Source: Ranitomeya imitator (taxonomy: Eukaryota). From it: a stretch of DNA of 64,000 nucleotides. Below are positions 36,801-46,922 of the stretch, piece after piece; position 1 is the first letter of the stretch; each line of letters opens with the position of its first letter. The translations under genes were made by a program, and so were the position numbers. The notes below the pieces were generated by a model, which did no database searches, had not been told where the DNA came from, and saw nothing but the letters and a program-made list of their open reading frames with translations. Location: the NCBI RefSeq assembly GCF_032444005.1, contig NC_091290.1, forward strand, positions 156,488,001-156,552,000, read 5' to 3'.

Positions 36801-39800
36801 GTATGTAGCAGTATTATAGTAGTTATATTCTTGTACATAGAGCAGTATTATAGTAGTTATATTCTTGTACATAGGGGCAGTATTATAGTAGTTATATTCT
36901 TGTATGTAGCAGTATTATAGTAGTTATATTCTTGTACATAGAGCAGTATTATAGTAGTTATATTCTTGTACATAGAGCAGTATTATAGTAGTTATATTCT
37001 TGTATATAGGGGCAGTATTATAGTAGTTATATTCTTGTACATAGGGGGCAGTATTATAGTAGTTATATTCTTGTACATAGGGGCAGTATTATAGTAGTTA
37101 TATTCTTGTACATAGAGGCAGTATTATAGTAGTTATATTCTTGTACATAGGGAGCAGTATTATAGTAGTTATATTCTTGTACATAGGGTGCAGTATTATA
37201 GTAGTTATATTCTTGTACATAGGGGGCAGTATTATAGTAGTTATATTCCTGTACATAGGAGCAGTATTATAGTAGTTATATTCTTGTACATAGGAGCAGT
37301 ATTATAGTAGTTATATTCTTGTACATAGGGGCAGTGTTATAGTAGTTATATTCTTGTACATAGAGCAGTATTATAGTAGTTATATTCTTGTACATAGGGG
37401 CAGTATTATAGTAGTTATATTCTTGTACATAGGGGCAGTATTATAGTATATTCTTGTACATAGGGGCAGTATTATAGTAGTTATATTCTTGTACATAGGA
37501 GCAGTATTATAGTAGTTATATTCTTGTACATAGGGGGCAGTATTATAGTAGTTATATTCTTGTATATAGGAGCAGTATTATAGTAGTTATATTCCTGTAC
37601 ATAGGAGCAGTATTATAGTAGTTATATTCTTGTACATAGGGGCAGTATTATAGTAGTTATATTCTTGTATATAGGAGCAGTATTATAGTGGTTATATTCT
37701 TGTACATAGGAGCAGTATTATAGTAGTTATATTCTTGTACATAGGGGCAGTATTATAGTAGTTATATTCTTGTATATAGGAGCAGTATTATAGTAGTTAT
37801 ATTCTTGTACATAGGGGCAGTATTATAGTAGTTATATTCTTGTACATAGGGGCAGTATTATAGTAGTTATATTCTTGTACATAGGAGCAGTATTATAGTA
37901 GTTATATTCTTGTACATAGGAGCAGTATTATAGTAGTTATATTCTTGTACATAGGGGCAGTATTATAGTAGTTATATTCTTGTATGTAGCAGTATTATAG
38001 TAGTTATATTCTTGTACATAGGGGCAGTATTATAGTAGTTGCACGTATCAGTATTATAGTAGTTATACTGCCCCTGTGTTCCCGGATAAGTATTTATCAG
38101 CCTTACTGTTCCGCCCCCGTACTATTCCCCTATGTATAGCATGGCTGCCCTGACTCTGGCTTTTCCCCGTAGTATTTCCGGATGGAGCTGATGAATGCCG
38201 AGAAGCAGAGGAAGGAGAAGGCCGATCTGGCGGAGATGGATGTTGTAAGTTCCCCTCCTCCCTGTGCTGTTCTGGGAGCATGGGCCCCTCATTAGCGGAT
38301 GGGGCACGGTCTGGACAGACCAGTGTTGTGTTGGCCCCACATCGTGTATTTCGGGATACCCCTTGTGTCTGACCTGAGTATTGGCCGTGTGTCTCTTTAC
38401 AGGGGGATGTCTCGTACTCGGACGAGATACTTGATGGAGGACTGGTCCGCGCCATCTATAAGTCCGCCAAGCAGAAGATTAAAGGTGAGCGCGGTGCTGG
38501 TGTATGTGGTGGTGGTGGAGCTCCGCAGGGAGGTCGTGACCAGTGTCGTCTCCTATTTCAGGGGTTGAGTTCCATCTTTCTCTTCTCTCCGTTGCCCAGA
38601 AGTTTCCCTTCACCGCGGAGCTGCAGAAGGAGATTTTGGCTGAGTAAGTTACTGCTGTCTGATGGACGGGGAGGCACTAGAGGCCGGCAGGGATTTTTGG
38701 GTGGTGGGTTCAGGAGGACCATTGCTGGTTGGTCCCTGCAGTCATGTATTGCTTGGTGCCTGTGCTCTCGGGAATGGAGTGTCCTACAGCTTGTGGGGTA
38801 TGGATTGACCATGTGCTGCATTCAGCTTGCAGACCCTGTATGCGGAGAGTCCTCTGACCTGGGACTTCTTGGCTCGTCAGGAGTTGTCCACCAAACTTCC
38901 ACCATCATCAGAGCACACGTCCAAACAGATGAAGGCGCAGGAGCTGGCGAGACAAGAGGAGCGGTGCAGCCATGTGTACGAGTCTGCGCTGGGCTCTGTG
39001 CAGACAGGTGGGAATTGTGTAACCTGCCCCTTGTGGCCGTGTGTATCACTGCTGACCTGAACCTTCTCTGCGTTCTCAGAGTCCATGTGGGAGCTGTACC
39101 TTTCCTTCTGTCTGGAGAGGTACAAGAGGCAGACTAACAGCAAGGAGCTAAAGCAGCAGGTACGGAAATATCCCCGAGTCGGGGCGCTGACACGTCGCTC
39201 TGCGTACCATGAATCTGTGGCTACAGGCAGGCGCCGACTCACCAGGAGCGAGAGTAGACTTGTGGAGACAGGCTGGTGTCAGCCCTCCGGAAGAGAGGAT
39301 GGACACGTGGCGGGCAGGCAGTAAGGATGGGGCAGGCAGCCTCCGACTCACCGGGAAGGAGGATGGACACTGGGGGGGGGGCAGGCAGCCAGCCTCCGAC
39401 TCCCCGGGAGGAAGGATGGACGCGGAGGGCAGCCAACCTCCGACTCACCAGGACATGGGTAATGGGGAGATGGGTGTCACCTCCCTGGGGGTTGGGGAGA
39501 GAATGAACTTATGGGGGTGGGCAGACAGGTGGATTCATGGGGTGGGCAGGTGCCGAGTCCCCCGGGAGAGAAGATTGACATGAGCAAAGGTGTCAAACTG
39601 CATTCCTCAAGGGCTGCAAACAGGTCATGTTTTCAGGATTTCCTTGTACTGCACAGGTGATAATTTAATCACCTACACACATAATGATTACAGCACCTTG
39701 TGCAAAGCTAAGGAAATCCTGAAAAGACCCATGGTTTGCAGCCCTCGAGGATTGCAGTTTGACACCCCTGGACATGAGGGAATGGTCAGGTGCCAACTAC

Positions 39801-41347
39801 CTGGGCGCAGACTGCAGATAGGGGACCTTTCTGCTGCTTCTCGTAGGACTACTTCTGCAGGAGCTGAGGGGCGTCAGTCTTTTCCGCATGGTGCGGTTGC
39901 TTGTCGTGTCTTCTGTCCTGCAGAGAAATGACGGCTCTGCCTGAGCTGCAGTAGTATCCAGAACCTGTGGACAGAGGTGGTGGTGTCCATGAGTGAGATG
40001 CCATTTCTGACACCCCTTTCACACGTCGGGTGGACACGGGGACGTTCTTGCAGTGTCGGCCCTTGCGTTCATGTCTCACATTTGTCTTGTAGCGACAGGA
40101 CCGGCTGCTGGTGGCCCTCCAGAAGGCTCATGAGGCCACGCTCTTGCCGCAAGCCAGATACCATGACTGGGTGAGTAGATGTGCAGGACGGGGACGGGCT
40201 CTGGGCCAAGGTTAGGTGGGTAATCCATGATGTGTCCTCCAGATCTCCCTTCTCTTGGAGTTGGGCCAGGGGAATATGGCAGCTCAGATCCTGGCGGCAG
40301 CCACTGACAGATTTTCAGGGTCTGCGGACATGTGGAAGAAGAGACTAGAGACGTTGATGACGCTGAAAGAGGAGAACCTTGAGCAGATATTTGAGCGGGC
40401 ACTGACCACCGTGAAGGTGCAGGTAGGATGGCGATCCAGTGTCTGTTGTGATGTGATGGCTGCGGCCCGCTGACGGCCTCTTATCTATAGGATTGTCTGC
40501 CTTTGTGGACATTGATGGCAGACTGGAGTGAGAAGGAAAGAAATGAGGAGTCTACGGAGTCCATGTACCAGGTAAGTGCCCCAACCGGTTACGCTGCCAC
40601 TTACCACCAGGCACCGCCACCACTCATGACTTGTCACCCTCCACAGAAACTTGTCCTCAATCCGACTGCTACCCGGACCATGAAGGTGAAGTACCTAGAC
40701 TGGGCCTACAGGACCCAGGGCTACAAGCGAGCGAGGAAGGTGTTCAGCAGGTGAGCAGCGTACCGCACCTGCTGTGATGGTGGCTCGGCCCTCTCCCCAG
40801 TCAGCACCATGCGGTTTTTCCTAATTTGCACCCCTCTCTTCCAGCTTACATGAAAATCGCCCCTTTTCTGAGGATTTTTTCCAGAAGATGATTGACATAG
40901 AGAAAGAACAGGTGAGCGTGGCTGGAGCGTTTGTTGTGTATGATGGCGGTCAGAGTTCAGCTCTGGAGCACTTAGTCTTTCCATGTCACACAGGAGACAA
41001 GCAGGATGGTAAATCTGAGGGAGTACTACGAGCGGGCACTGCGGGAGTTTGGGGCCACACATCCAGGTCAGTGTTGCCCTATATATGCTGAATTTCCCAT
41101 CCCCCGCCTCTGTGGTACAGAAGGGGCTTGCATCCCCTTGGCCATTTTGGTTATTAGTCTGGGTGAAGCCAAGATTTTTTTATTTCCAGATCTCTGGCTG
41201 TCTTACATCAAAGAAGAGCTGAGCCACGAGGAGGGAAAAGTGGAGAACAGCGGCGCCCTGCACTGGAGAGCCATGAAAGCGCTGCAAGGACCGGCCGTGG
41301 AGGAGTTTGTGAGGAAACACACGCTGCTGCAGAGTGGCCGCCCATGA
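24787..41347 (+). CDS. UTP6: U3 snoRNA-associated protein 6 homolog (HAT-repeat SSU processome component), complete, 19 exons, 593 aa
   Basis: join(24787-24878,32708-32792,33245-33286,34674-34766,34845-34892,34962-35025,35254-35372,38173-38244,38403-38484,38562-38643,38826-39007,39080-39159,40093-40170,40243-40422,40491-40571,40647-40750,40845-40911,40994-41066,41190-41347) = 1782 nt in one frame, all GT-AG. Motifs match remembered human UTP6: [65 protein letters not shown]. Confidence 0.96.
24890..32670. repeat. About 35-41-bp G-rich minisatellite with embedded (GT)n, UTP6 intron 1
   Basis: ggaggtcggtgactctggggggcccccgg(tg)n; contains the N gap. Confidence 0.97.
31435..31589. other. Assembly gap (155 N)
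   Basis: Run of N inside the UTP6 intron 1 array. Confidence 0.99.
32708..32792 (+). CDS. UTP6: UTP6 exon 2
   Basis: [28 protein letters not shown]; GT-AG. Confidence 0.94.
32820..33217. repeat. C/T-rich about 20-28-bp repeat, UTP6 intron 2
   Basis: cgctctcgccccctccctc(cctc)n. Confidence 0.92.
33245..33286 (+). CDS. UTP6: UTP6 exon 3
   Basis: [14 protein letters not shown]; GT-AG. Confidence 0.93.
33310..34562. repeat. About 30-bp minisatellite, UTP6 intron 3
   Basis: aatggctgttagtttggagaggtc(g)5-8. Confidence 0.95.
34674..34766 (+). CDS. UTP6: UTP6 exon 4
   Basis: [31 protein letters not shown]; GT-AG. Confidence 0.93.
34845..34892 (+). CDS. UTP6: UTP6 exon 5
   Basis: [16 protein letters not shown]; GT-AG. 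Confidence 0.93.
34962..35025 (+). CDS. UTP6: UTP6 exon 6
   Basis: [21 protein letters not shown]; GT-AG. Confidence 0.92.
35034..35238. repeat. 24-bp minisatellite, about 8 copies, UTP6 intron 6
   Basis: accgctccctccggccccgcgccg. Confidence 0.95.
35254..35372 (+). CDS. UTP6: UTP6 exon 7
   Basis: (A)[39 protein letters not shown]; GT-AG. Confidence 0.95.
35414..38066. repeat. About 34-35-bp AT-rich minisatellite, UTP6 intron 7
   Basis: ggggcagtattatagtagttatattcttgtacata. Confidence 0.96.
38173..38244 (+). CDS. UTP6: UTP6 exon 8
   Basis: [24 protein letters not shown]; GT-AG. Confidence 0.93.
38403..38484 (+). CDS. UTP6: UTP6 exon 9
   Basis: [27 protein letters not shown]; GT-AG. Confidence 0.92.
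38562..38643 (+). CDS. UTP6: UTP6 exon 10
   Basis: [26 protein letters not shown]; GT-AG. Confidence 0.92.
38826..39007 (+). CDS. UTP6: UTP6 exon 11
   Basis: [20 protein letters not shown]...[17 protein letters not shown]; GT-AG. Confidence 0.93.
39080..39159 (+). CDS. UTP6: UTP6 exon 12
   Basis: [26 protein letters not shown]; GT-AG. Confidence 0.93.
39225..39455. repeat. Short degenerate about 55-60-bp repeat, UTP6 intron 12
   Basis: Recurring ggcaggcagcctccgactc...gaggatggacac. Confidence 0.6.
39585..39770. mobile_element. hAT-family MITE (186 bp) in UTP6 intron 12
   Basis: TIRs caaaggtgtcaaactgca and tgcagtttgacacccctg; perfect 8-bp TSD gacatgag at 39577-39584 and 39771-39778. Confidence 0.88.
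40093..40170 (+). CDS. UTP6: UTP6 exon 13
   Basis: [26 protein letters not shown]; GT-AG. Confidence 0.9.
40243..40422 (+). CDS. UTP6: UTP6 exon 14
   Basis: [31 protein letters not shown]...[11 protein letters not shown]; GT-AG. Confidence 0.91.
40491..40571 (+). CDS. UTP6: UTP6 exon 15
   Basis: [27 protein letters not shown]; GT-AG. Confidence 0.92.
40647..40750 (+). CDS. UTP6: UTP6 exon 16
   Basis: [34 protein letters not shown]; GT-AG. Confidence 0.92.
40845..40911 (+). CDS. UTP6: UTP6 exon 17
   Basis: [22 protein letters not shown]; GT-AG. Confidence 0.93.
40994..41066 (+). CDS. UTP6: UTP6 exon 18
   Basis: [24 protein letters not shown]; GT-AG. Confidence 0.93.
41190..41347 (+). CDS. 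UTP6: UTP6 exon 19, coding part to TGA
   Basis: (D)[51 protein letters not shown]. Confidence 0.93.
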
Positions 41348-42055
41348 CGTGATCGGCCAACCAGCCGCGCCAGCCTCATCAGCCCATGACGTGACCGGCC
41401 AGCCGCATCAGCCAGTGACGTGACCGGTCAGCTGCACCAGCCCGTGACGTGATCGGCCAACCAGCCGCGCCAGCCTGTGACGTGATCGGTCAGCTGCACC
41501 AGCCCGTGACGTGATCGGCCAACCAGCCGCGCCAGCCTGTGACGTGACCGGTCAGCTGCATCAGCCCGACGTGATCGGTCAGCTGCACCAGCCCGTGACG
41601 TGACCGGCCAGCTGCACCAGCCCGTGACGTGACCGGCCAGCTGCATCAGCCCGTGACGTGACCGGTCAGCTGCACCAGCCCGTGACGTGATCGGCCAACC
41701 AGCCCGTGACGTGACCGGTCAGCTGCATCAGCCCGTGACGTGACCGGTCAGCTGCACCAGCCCGTGACGTGATCGGCCAACCAGCCGCACCAGCCTGGAA
41801 CGTGACCGGTCAGCTGCACCAGCCCGTGACGTGATCGGCCAACCAGCCGCACCAGCCCGTGACGTGACCGGTCAGCTGCACCAGCCCGTGACGTGACCGG
41901 CCAGCTGCATCAGCCCGTGACGTGACCGGCCAGCTGCATCAGCCCGTGACGTGACCGGCCAGCTGCATCAGCCCGTGACGTGACCGGCCAGCAGCATCAG
42001 CCCGTGACGTGACCGGCCAGCTGCATCAGCCCGTGACGTGACCAGCCAACCAGCC
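41343..42055. repeat. 29-bp-based minisatellite in the UTP6 3' UTR
   Basis: cagcccgtgacgtgaccggccagctgcat and variants; starts at the stop codon. Confidence 0.93.
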
Positions 42056-42244
42056 CGCCACCCACCCATGACCAGCCGCTTAACCGCCACCATCAGTGAG
42101 CGGTGGTCAACAGCCTGTCTCCACCGCAGACTGAGGGTGAATCCTCTGCTAGAGCAGCCGGTGGGACGGGCTGAGAGCCGCTGCTTGCTGTCAGTGAACA
42201 GAGCGTTCACATATTGCTATAAGACATTTTAATGGACTTCAAAA

Positions 42245-42250
42245 AATAAA
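42245..42250 (+). terminator. Probable UTP6 polyadenylation signal AATAAA
   Basis: First AATAAA on the plus strand after the UTP6 stop, about 900 nt downstream. Confidence 0.6.
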
Positions 42251-42917
42251 GATCCTGCATAGACTCTGCCGCTTATGTACAGATTTATAGTATTGCAGTA
42301 ACTGTAGAAAATGTTGGCCCCCGCGCCCCCCACAAGCCTGATCCTCAGTGTGTCCATACAGTGATTAGAAGTATCGGTGGATCACTCAAAAATCCATTGC
42401 TAACCAAGTGTGTCCAGAGGTGTGAGGTTGGGCGGTGGGATCAGATCAGTGAGGATCCGTGGAATCACATACATTCCTGGACACGTAGAAACCCCTCCAA
42501 TGTGTGTGTGGGGGGTTAGTGAGGATGGCGGCCGGACCACCATGTGAAGAAACCTCATGGACACTTGACAATCTGAGTGTCAGGAGGAGGCTGCTCCGCC
42601 ACGGTCCACACAATATACCGGTATCTTGGCTGTGCATATGTGGCAGGGCGTGCCGATACCCAGAATGGCGGTATATACAGTCAGGTCCAGAAATCTTTGT
42701 TCAGTGATGAATCGTTGTGATTTCAGCTCTGCAGGCCACTAATTTGCGTTTGAAGTGGAGACGTTCAGGGTTGAACAGAAATCTGTGAAACGTTTAGGAA
42801 TTACAGACATTTTTGTACAAATCCTCATTTCAGGGGCTTGGAGTGAACTAGACAAATTCACTTTCTCAAATAAAATGTCTGTTTGATAATCCTTTCTAGA
42901 GAATCCTTTTCATTAAT

Positions 42918-45622
42918 GACGACCTGATGTCTGGAGGCCATGTATGTCACCATCACTGGTCTCCTCCGGTGTGAGGCTTTACAGCAATGATGGCCTGATG
43001 TCTGGAGGCCATGGACGTCACCATCGCTGGTCTCCGGTGTGAGGCTTTGCAGCAATGACGGCCTGATGTCTGGAGGCCATGGATGTCGCCATCGCTGGTC
43101 TCCTCCGTTGTGAGGCTTTGTATAATGACGACCTGATGTTTGGAGGCCATGGACGTCACCATCACTGGTCTCCTCCGGTGTGAGGCTTTGTATAATGACG
43201 ACCTGATGTCTGGAGGCCGTGGACGTCACCATCGCTGGTCTCCTCCGGTGTGAGGCTTTGTATAATGACGGCCTGATGTCTGGAGGCCATGGACGTCACC
43301 ATCACTGGTCTCCTCCGGTGTGAGGCTTTGTATAATGACGGCCTGATGTCTGGAGGCCATGGACGTCACCATCGCTGGTCTCCTCCGGTGTGAGGCTTTG
43401 TATAATGACGACCTGATGTCTGGAGGCCGTGGACGTCACCATCGCTGGTCTCCTCCGGTGTGAGGCTTTGTATAATGACGGCCTGATGTCTGGAGGCCGT
43501 GGACGTCACCATCGCTGGTCTCCTCCGGTGTGAGGCTTTGTATAATGACGGCCTGATGTCTGGAGGCCATGGACGTCACCATCACTGGTCTCCTCCGGTG
43601 TGATGCTTTGTATAATGACGACCTGATGTCTGGAGGCCGTGGATGTCGCCATCGCTGGTCTCCTCCGTTGTGAGGCTTTCTATAATGACGACCTGATGTC
43701 TGGAGGCTATGGACGTCACCATCACTGGTCTCCTCCGGTGTGAGGCTTTCTATAATGACGACCTGATGTCTGGAGGCTATGGACGTCACCATCACTGGTC
43801 TCCTCCGGTGTGAGGCTTTGTATAATGACGACCTGATGTCTGGAGGCCATGGATGTCGCCATCGCTGGTCTCCTCCGGTGTGATGCTTTGTATAATGACG
43901 ACCTGATGTCTGGAGGCCGTGGACGTCACCATCGCTGGTCTCCTCCGGTGTGAGGCTTTGTATAATGACGACCTGATGTTTGGAGGCCATGGACGTCACC
44001 ATCGCTGGTCTCCTCCGGTGTGAGGCTTTGTATAATGACGACCTGATGTCTGGAGGCCGTGGACGTCACCATCGCTGGTCTCCTCCGGTGTGAGGCTTTG
44101 TATAATGACGGCCTGATGTCTGGAGGCCATGGACGTCACCATCACTGGTCTCCTCCGGTGTGATGCTTTGTATAATGACAGCCTGATGTCTGGAGGCCGT
44201 GGACGTCACCATCGCTGGTCTCCTCCGGTGTGAGGCTTTGTATAATGACGACCTGATGTCTGGAGGCCGTGGACGTCACCATCACTGGTCTCCTCCGGTG
44301 TGAGGCTTTGTATAATGACGACCTGATGTCTGGAGGCCGTGGACGTCACCATCGCTGGTCTCCTCCGGTGTGAGGCTTTGTATAATGACGACCTGATGTC
44401 TGGAGGCCGTGGACGTCACCATCACTGGTCTCCTCCGGTGTGAGGCTTTGTATAATGACGACCTGATGTCTGGAGGCCGTGGACGTCACCATCGCTGGTC
44501 TCCTCCGGTGTGAGGCTTTGTATAATGACGGCCTGATGTCTGGAGGCCATGGACGTCACCATCACTGGTCTCCTCCGGTGTGAGGCTTTGCAGCAATGAT
44601 AGCTGAAGTCTGGAGACCATGGACGTCACCATCCACCAGTGAGAATCTGGAATTGCTTGCCTGAGGAGGTGGTGATGGCGAACTCAGTCGAGGGGCTCAA
44701 GAGAGGCCTGGATGTCTTCCTGGAGCAGAACAATATTGTATCATACAATTATTAGGTTCTGTAGAAGGACGTAGATCTGGGGATTTATTATGATGGAATA
44801 TAGGCTGAACTGGATGGACAAATGTCTTTTTTCGGCCTTACTAACTATGTTACTATGTTACCATCGCTGGTCTCCTCCGGTGTGAGGCTTTGTATAATGA
44901 CAGCCTGATGTCTGGAGGCCATGGCCGTCACCATCGCTGGTCTCCTCCGTTGTGAGGCTTTGCAGCAATGATAGCTGAAGTCTGGAGACCATGGACGTCA
45001 TCATCGCTGGTCTCCTCCGGTGTTAGGCTTTGTATAATGACAGCCTGATGTCTGGAGGCCATGGACGTCACCATCGCTGGTCTCCAGTGTGAGGCTTTGC
45101 AGCAATGATGGCCTGATGTCTGGAGGCCATGGACGGCACCATCGCTGGTCTCCGGTGTAAGGCTTTGCAGCAATAATGGCCTGATGTCTGCAGGCCATGG
45201 ATGGCACCATCGCTGGGGTCCGGTGTAAGGCTTTGCAGCAATGATGGCTGGAGGCCATGGATGGCACCATCGCTGGTCTCCTCCGGTGTGAGGCTTTGCA
45301 GCAATGATGGCCTGATGTCTGCAGGCCATGGATGGCACCATCGCTGGGGTCCGGTGTGAGGCTTTGCAGCAATGATGGCTGGAGGCCATGGATGGCACCA
45401 TCGCTGGTCTCCTCCGGTGTGAGGCTTTGCAGCAATGATGGCCTGAAGTCTTGAGGCAGTGGATGGCACCATCGCTGGGGTCCGGTGTGAGGCTTTGCAG
45501 CAATGACAGCCTGATGTCTGGAGGCCGTGGACGTCACCATCGCTGGTCTCCTCCGGTGTGAGGCTTTGTATAATGACAGCCTGATGTCTGGAGGCCATGG
45601 ATGGCACAATCGCTGATCTCCG
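42918..45622. repeat. 70-bp satellite, about 35 copies, derived from a Tc1 transposase C-terminus
   Basis: tataatgacgacctgatgtctggaggccatggacgtcaccatcgctggtctcctccggtgtgaggctttg. Confidence 0.93.
44634..44859 (+). mobile_element. CR1 LINE 3' end (226 bp) inserted in the 70-bp satellite
   Basis: WNCLPEEVVMANSVEGLKRGLDVFLE-type C-terminus; 3' UTR ggctgaactggatggac...ttttttcggcctta; (tatgttac)n tail; accatc flanking duplication. Confidence 0.85.
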
Positions 45623-46584
45623 GTGTGCGGTTTTGCTGCCTTTCCTGCAGTTACTTCAGTTCCATCTTGTTTGCGGCTCTTTCTGCCTTCAGCCGGTGAA
45701 ATGGGGCTCGATAAGATCTGGTGATGACTCGGCCACTGCAGAATATTCCACTTCTTTGCTTTCGCAGGATGTTTTGGGTCAATGTCTCTGTCCTGTGAAG
45801 CGTCATCCAATCATCTTTGCTGCATTTGGTGGATCTGAGCAGAAAGTCTCGCCCTGTACCAGGATTAATCCGTCCGCTTCTGTTCAGTCACATCAGCAAT
45901 AACCACTAGTAGTAGTGACCCATTGCCATTGGCCACCATGCATGCTCACACCATCCCATCGCCTCCACCATGTGTTATGCAGGATGTGACGCGGATTCAG
46001 TGCTGCTCCGAGCCTTCTGCAGACGGTCTTCTTCCCATCATTCTGGTATGGGTTGATCTTAGTTTTGCTTTTCCAGATCCGGGTGGCTTCTTTAGATGTT
46101 TTTTTGGCAAAGTCTAATCTGGCCAGTTTTCTGGCTGATTAATGTTTGCACCTTGTGGTGACCCCTCTGTATCTGCTCTCATGAAGTCTTTGCTTTCTTG
46201 TAGACTTCGGGAATGTGCCCACGCAACATTTTGGACACAGTGTATTTTCACTGCATTCTACATTACAAACAGTGGATGGATTTGTAGAAATCCTGCGCCC
46301 ACGAGCTTCTCTTTCCCACAGTGTGGAATTATGAGCTGCGGTACCTCAATTTCTGTAGTGATGACGCTAGTCTATGCTGGGCAGGAAGTCATTAAATGCG
46401 GTGACTGTACCTAAACAAGTGCAGCAAAAATACACTGCATCCAGAATGCTATTATTCGTGATCGGGAGCCTATGGGCTTGGATACTGAGATCCGGGTTTT
46501 CTGGAGAGTGGTCTTTACTTGGGGGGGGGGAGGGATTCTGAATTTATTCACCATTGATGTCTTCTAGGCCATTCTAAGCACCAA

Positions 46585-46922
46585 TGTGTGTCAAACAGAA
46601 ATCAGTCCCAGGAGCGCTGAAGGAAACTCAGACAACATATGTCGTTTGCCACAACGCGTTTCAACGGTAAACACCGTCTTCTTCAGGAGAAACTCCCACC
46701 TGAAGAAGACTGTGTTTACCGTTGAAACGCGTTGTGGCAAACGACATATGTTGTCTGAGTTTCCTTCAGCGCTCCTGGGACTGATTTCTGTTTGACACAC
46801 ATTCTTATCCTCCTTTGGAGGTATTCAGCTGGAGCTGCGGTGGTGCTCGACAACTCCCTTTCATCTCCCCTTCCCTGGGTCAATTCCTCTGCGCTCCCCT
46901 CTGACTGCTTTCACTTATCTTG
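46585..46922 (+). mobile_element. Penelope-like fold-back fragment (338 bp) with about 14-bp TSD
   Basis: 105-bp inverted arms 46583-46687 and 46699-46803 (1 mismatch, 11-nt loop); TSD attctaag(c/t)accaa at 46571-46584 and 46923-46936; cctgaagaag...gaaacgcgttg motif. Confidence 0.72.
46696..46737 (+). ncRNA. Minimal type I hammerhead ribozyme motif
   Basis: Stem I CCAC/GUGG; core CUGAAGA (46700-46706); stem II GAC(U)GU-GUUU-ACCGUU; GAAA (46724-46727); short palindromic helix III C-GC-G; cleavage triplet GUU (46731-46733). Folded by eye; activity untested. Confidence 0.62.

Noticed and set aside
41345-41390. Programmed stop-codon read-through at UTP6 UGA-C
   Set aside because: The context is not UGA-CUAG and another in-frame TGA follows after 13 codons; no supporting evidence.
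46586-46800. Mirror-image 69-aa ORFs on both strands
   Set aside because: A by-product of the DNA palindrome, not a gene pair.
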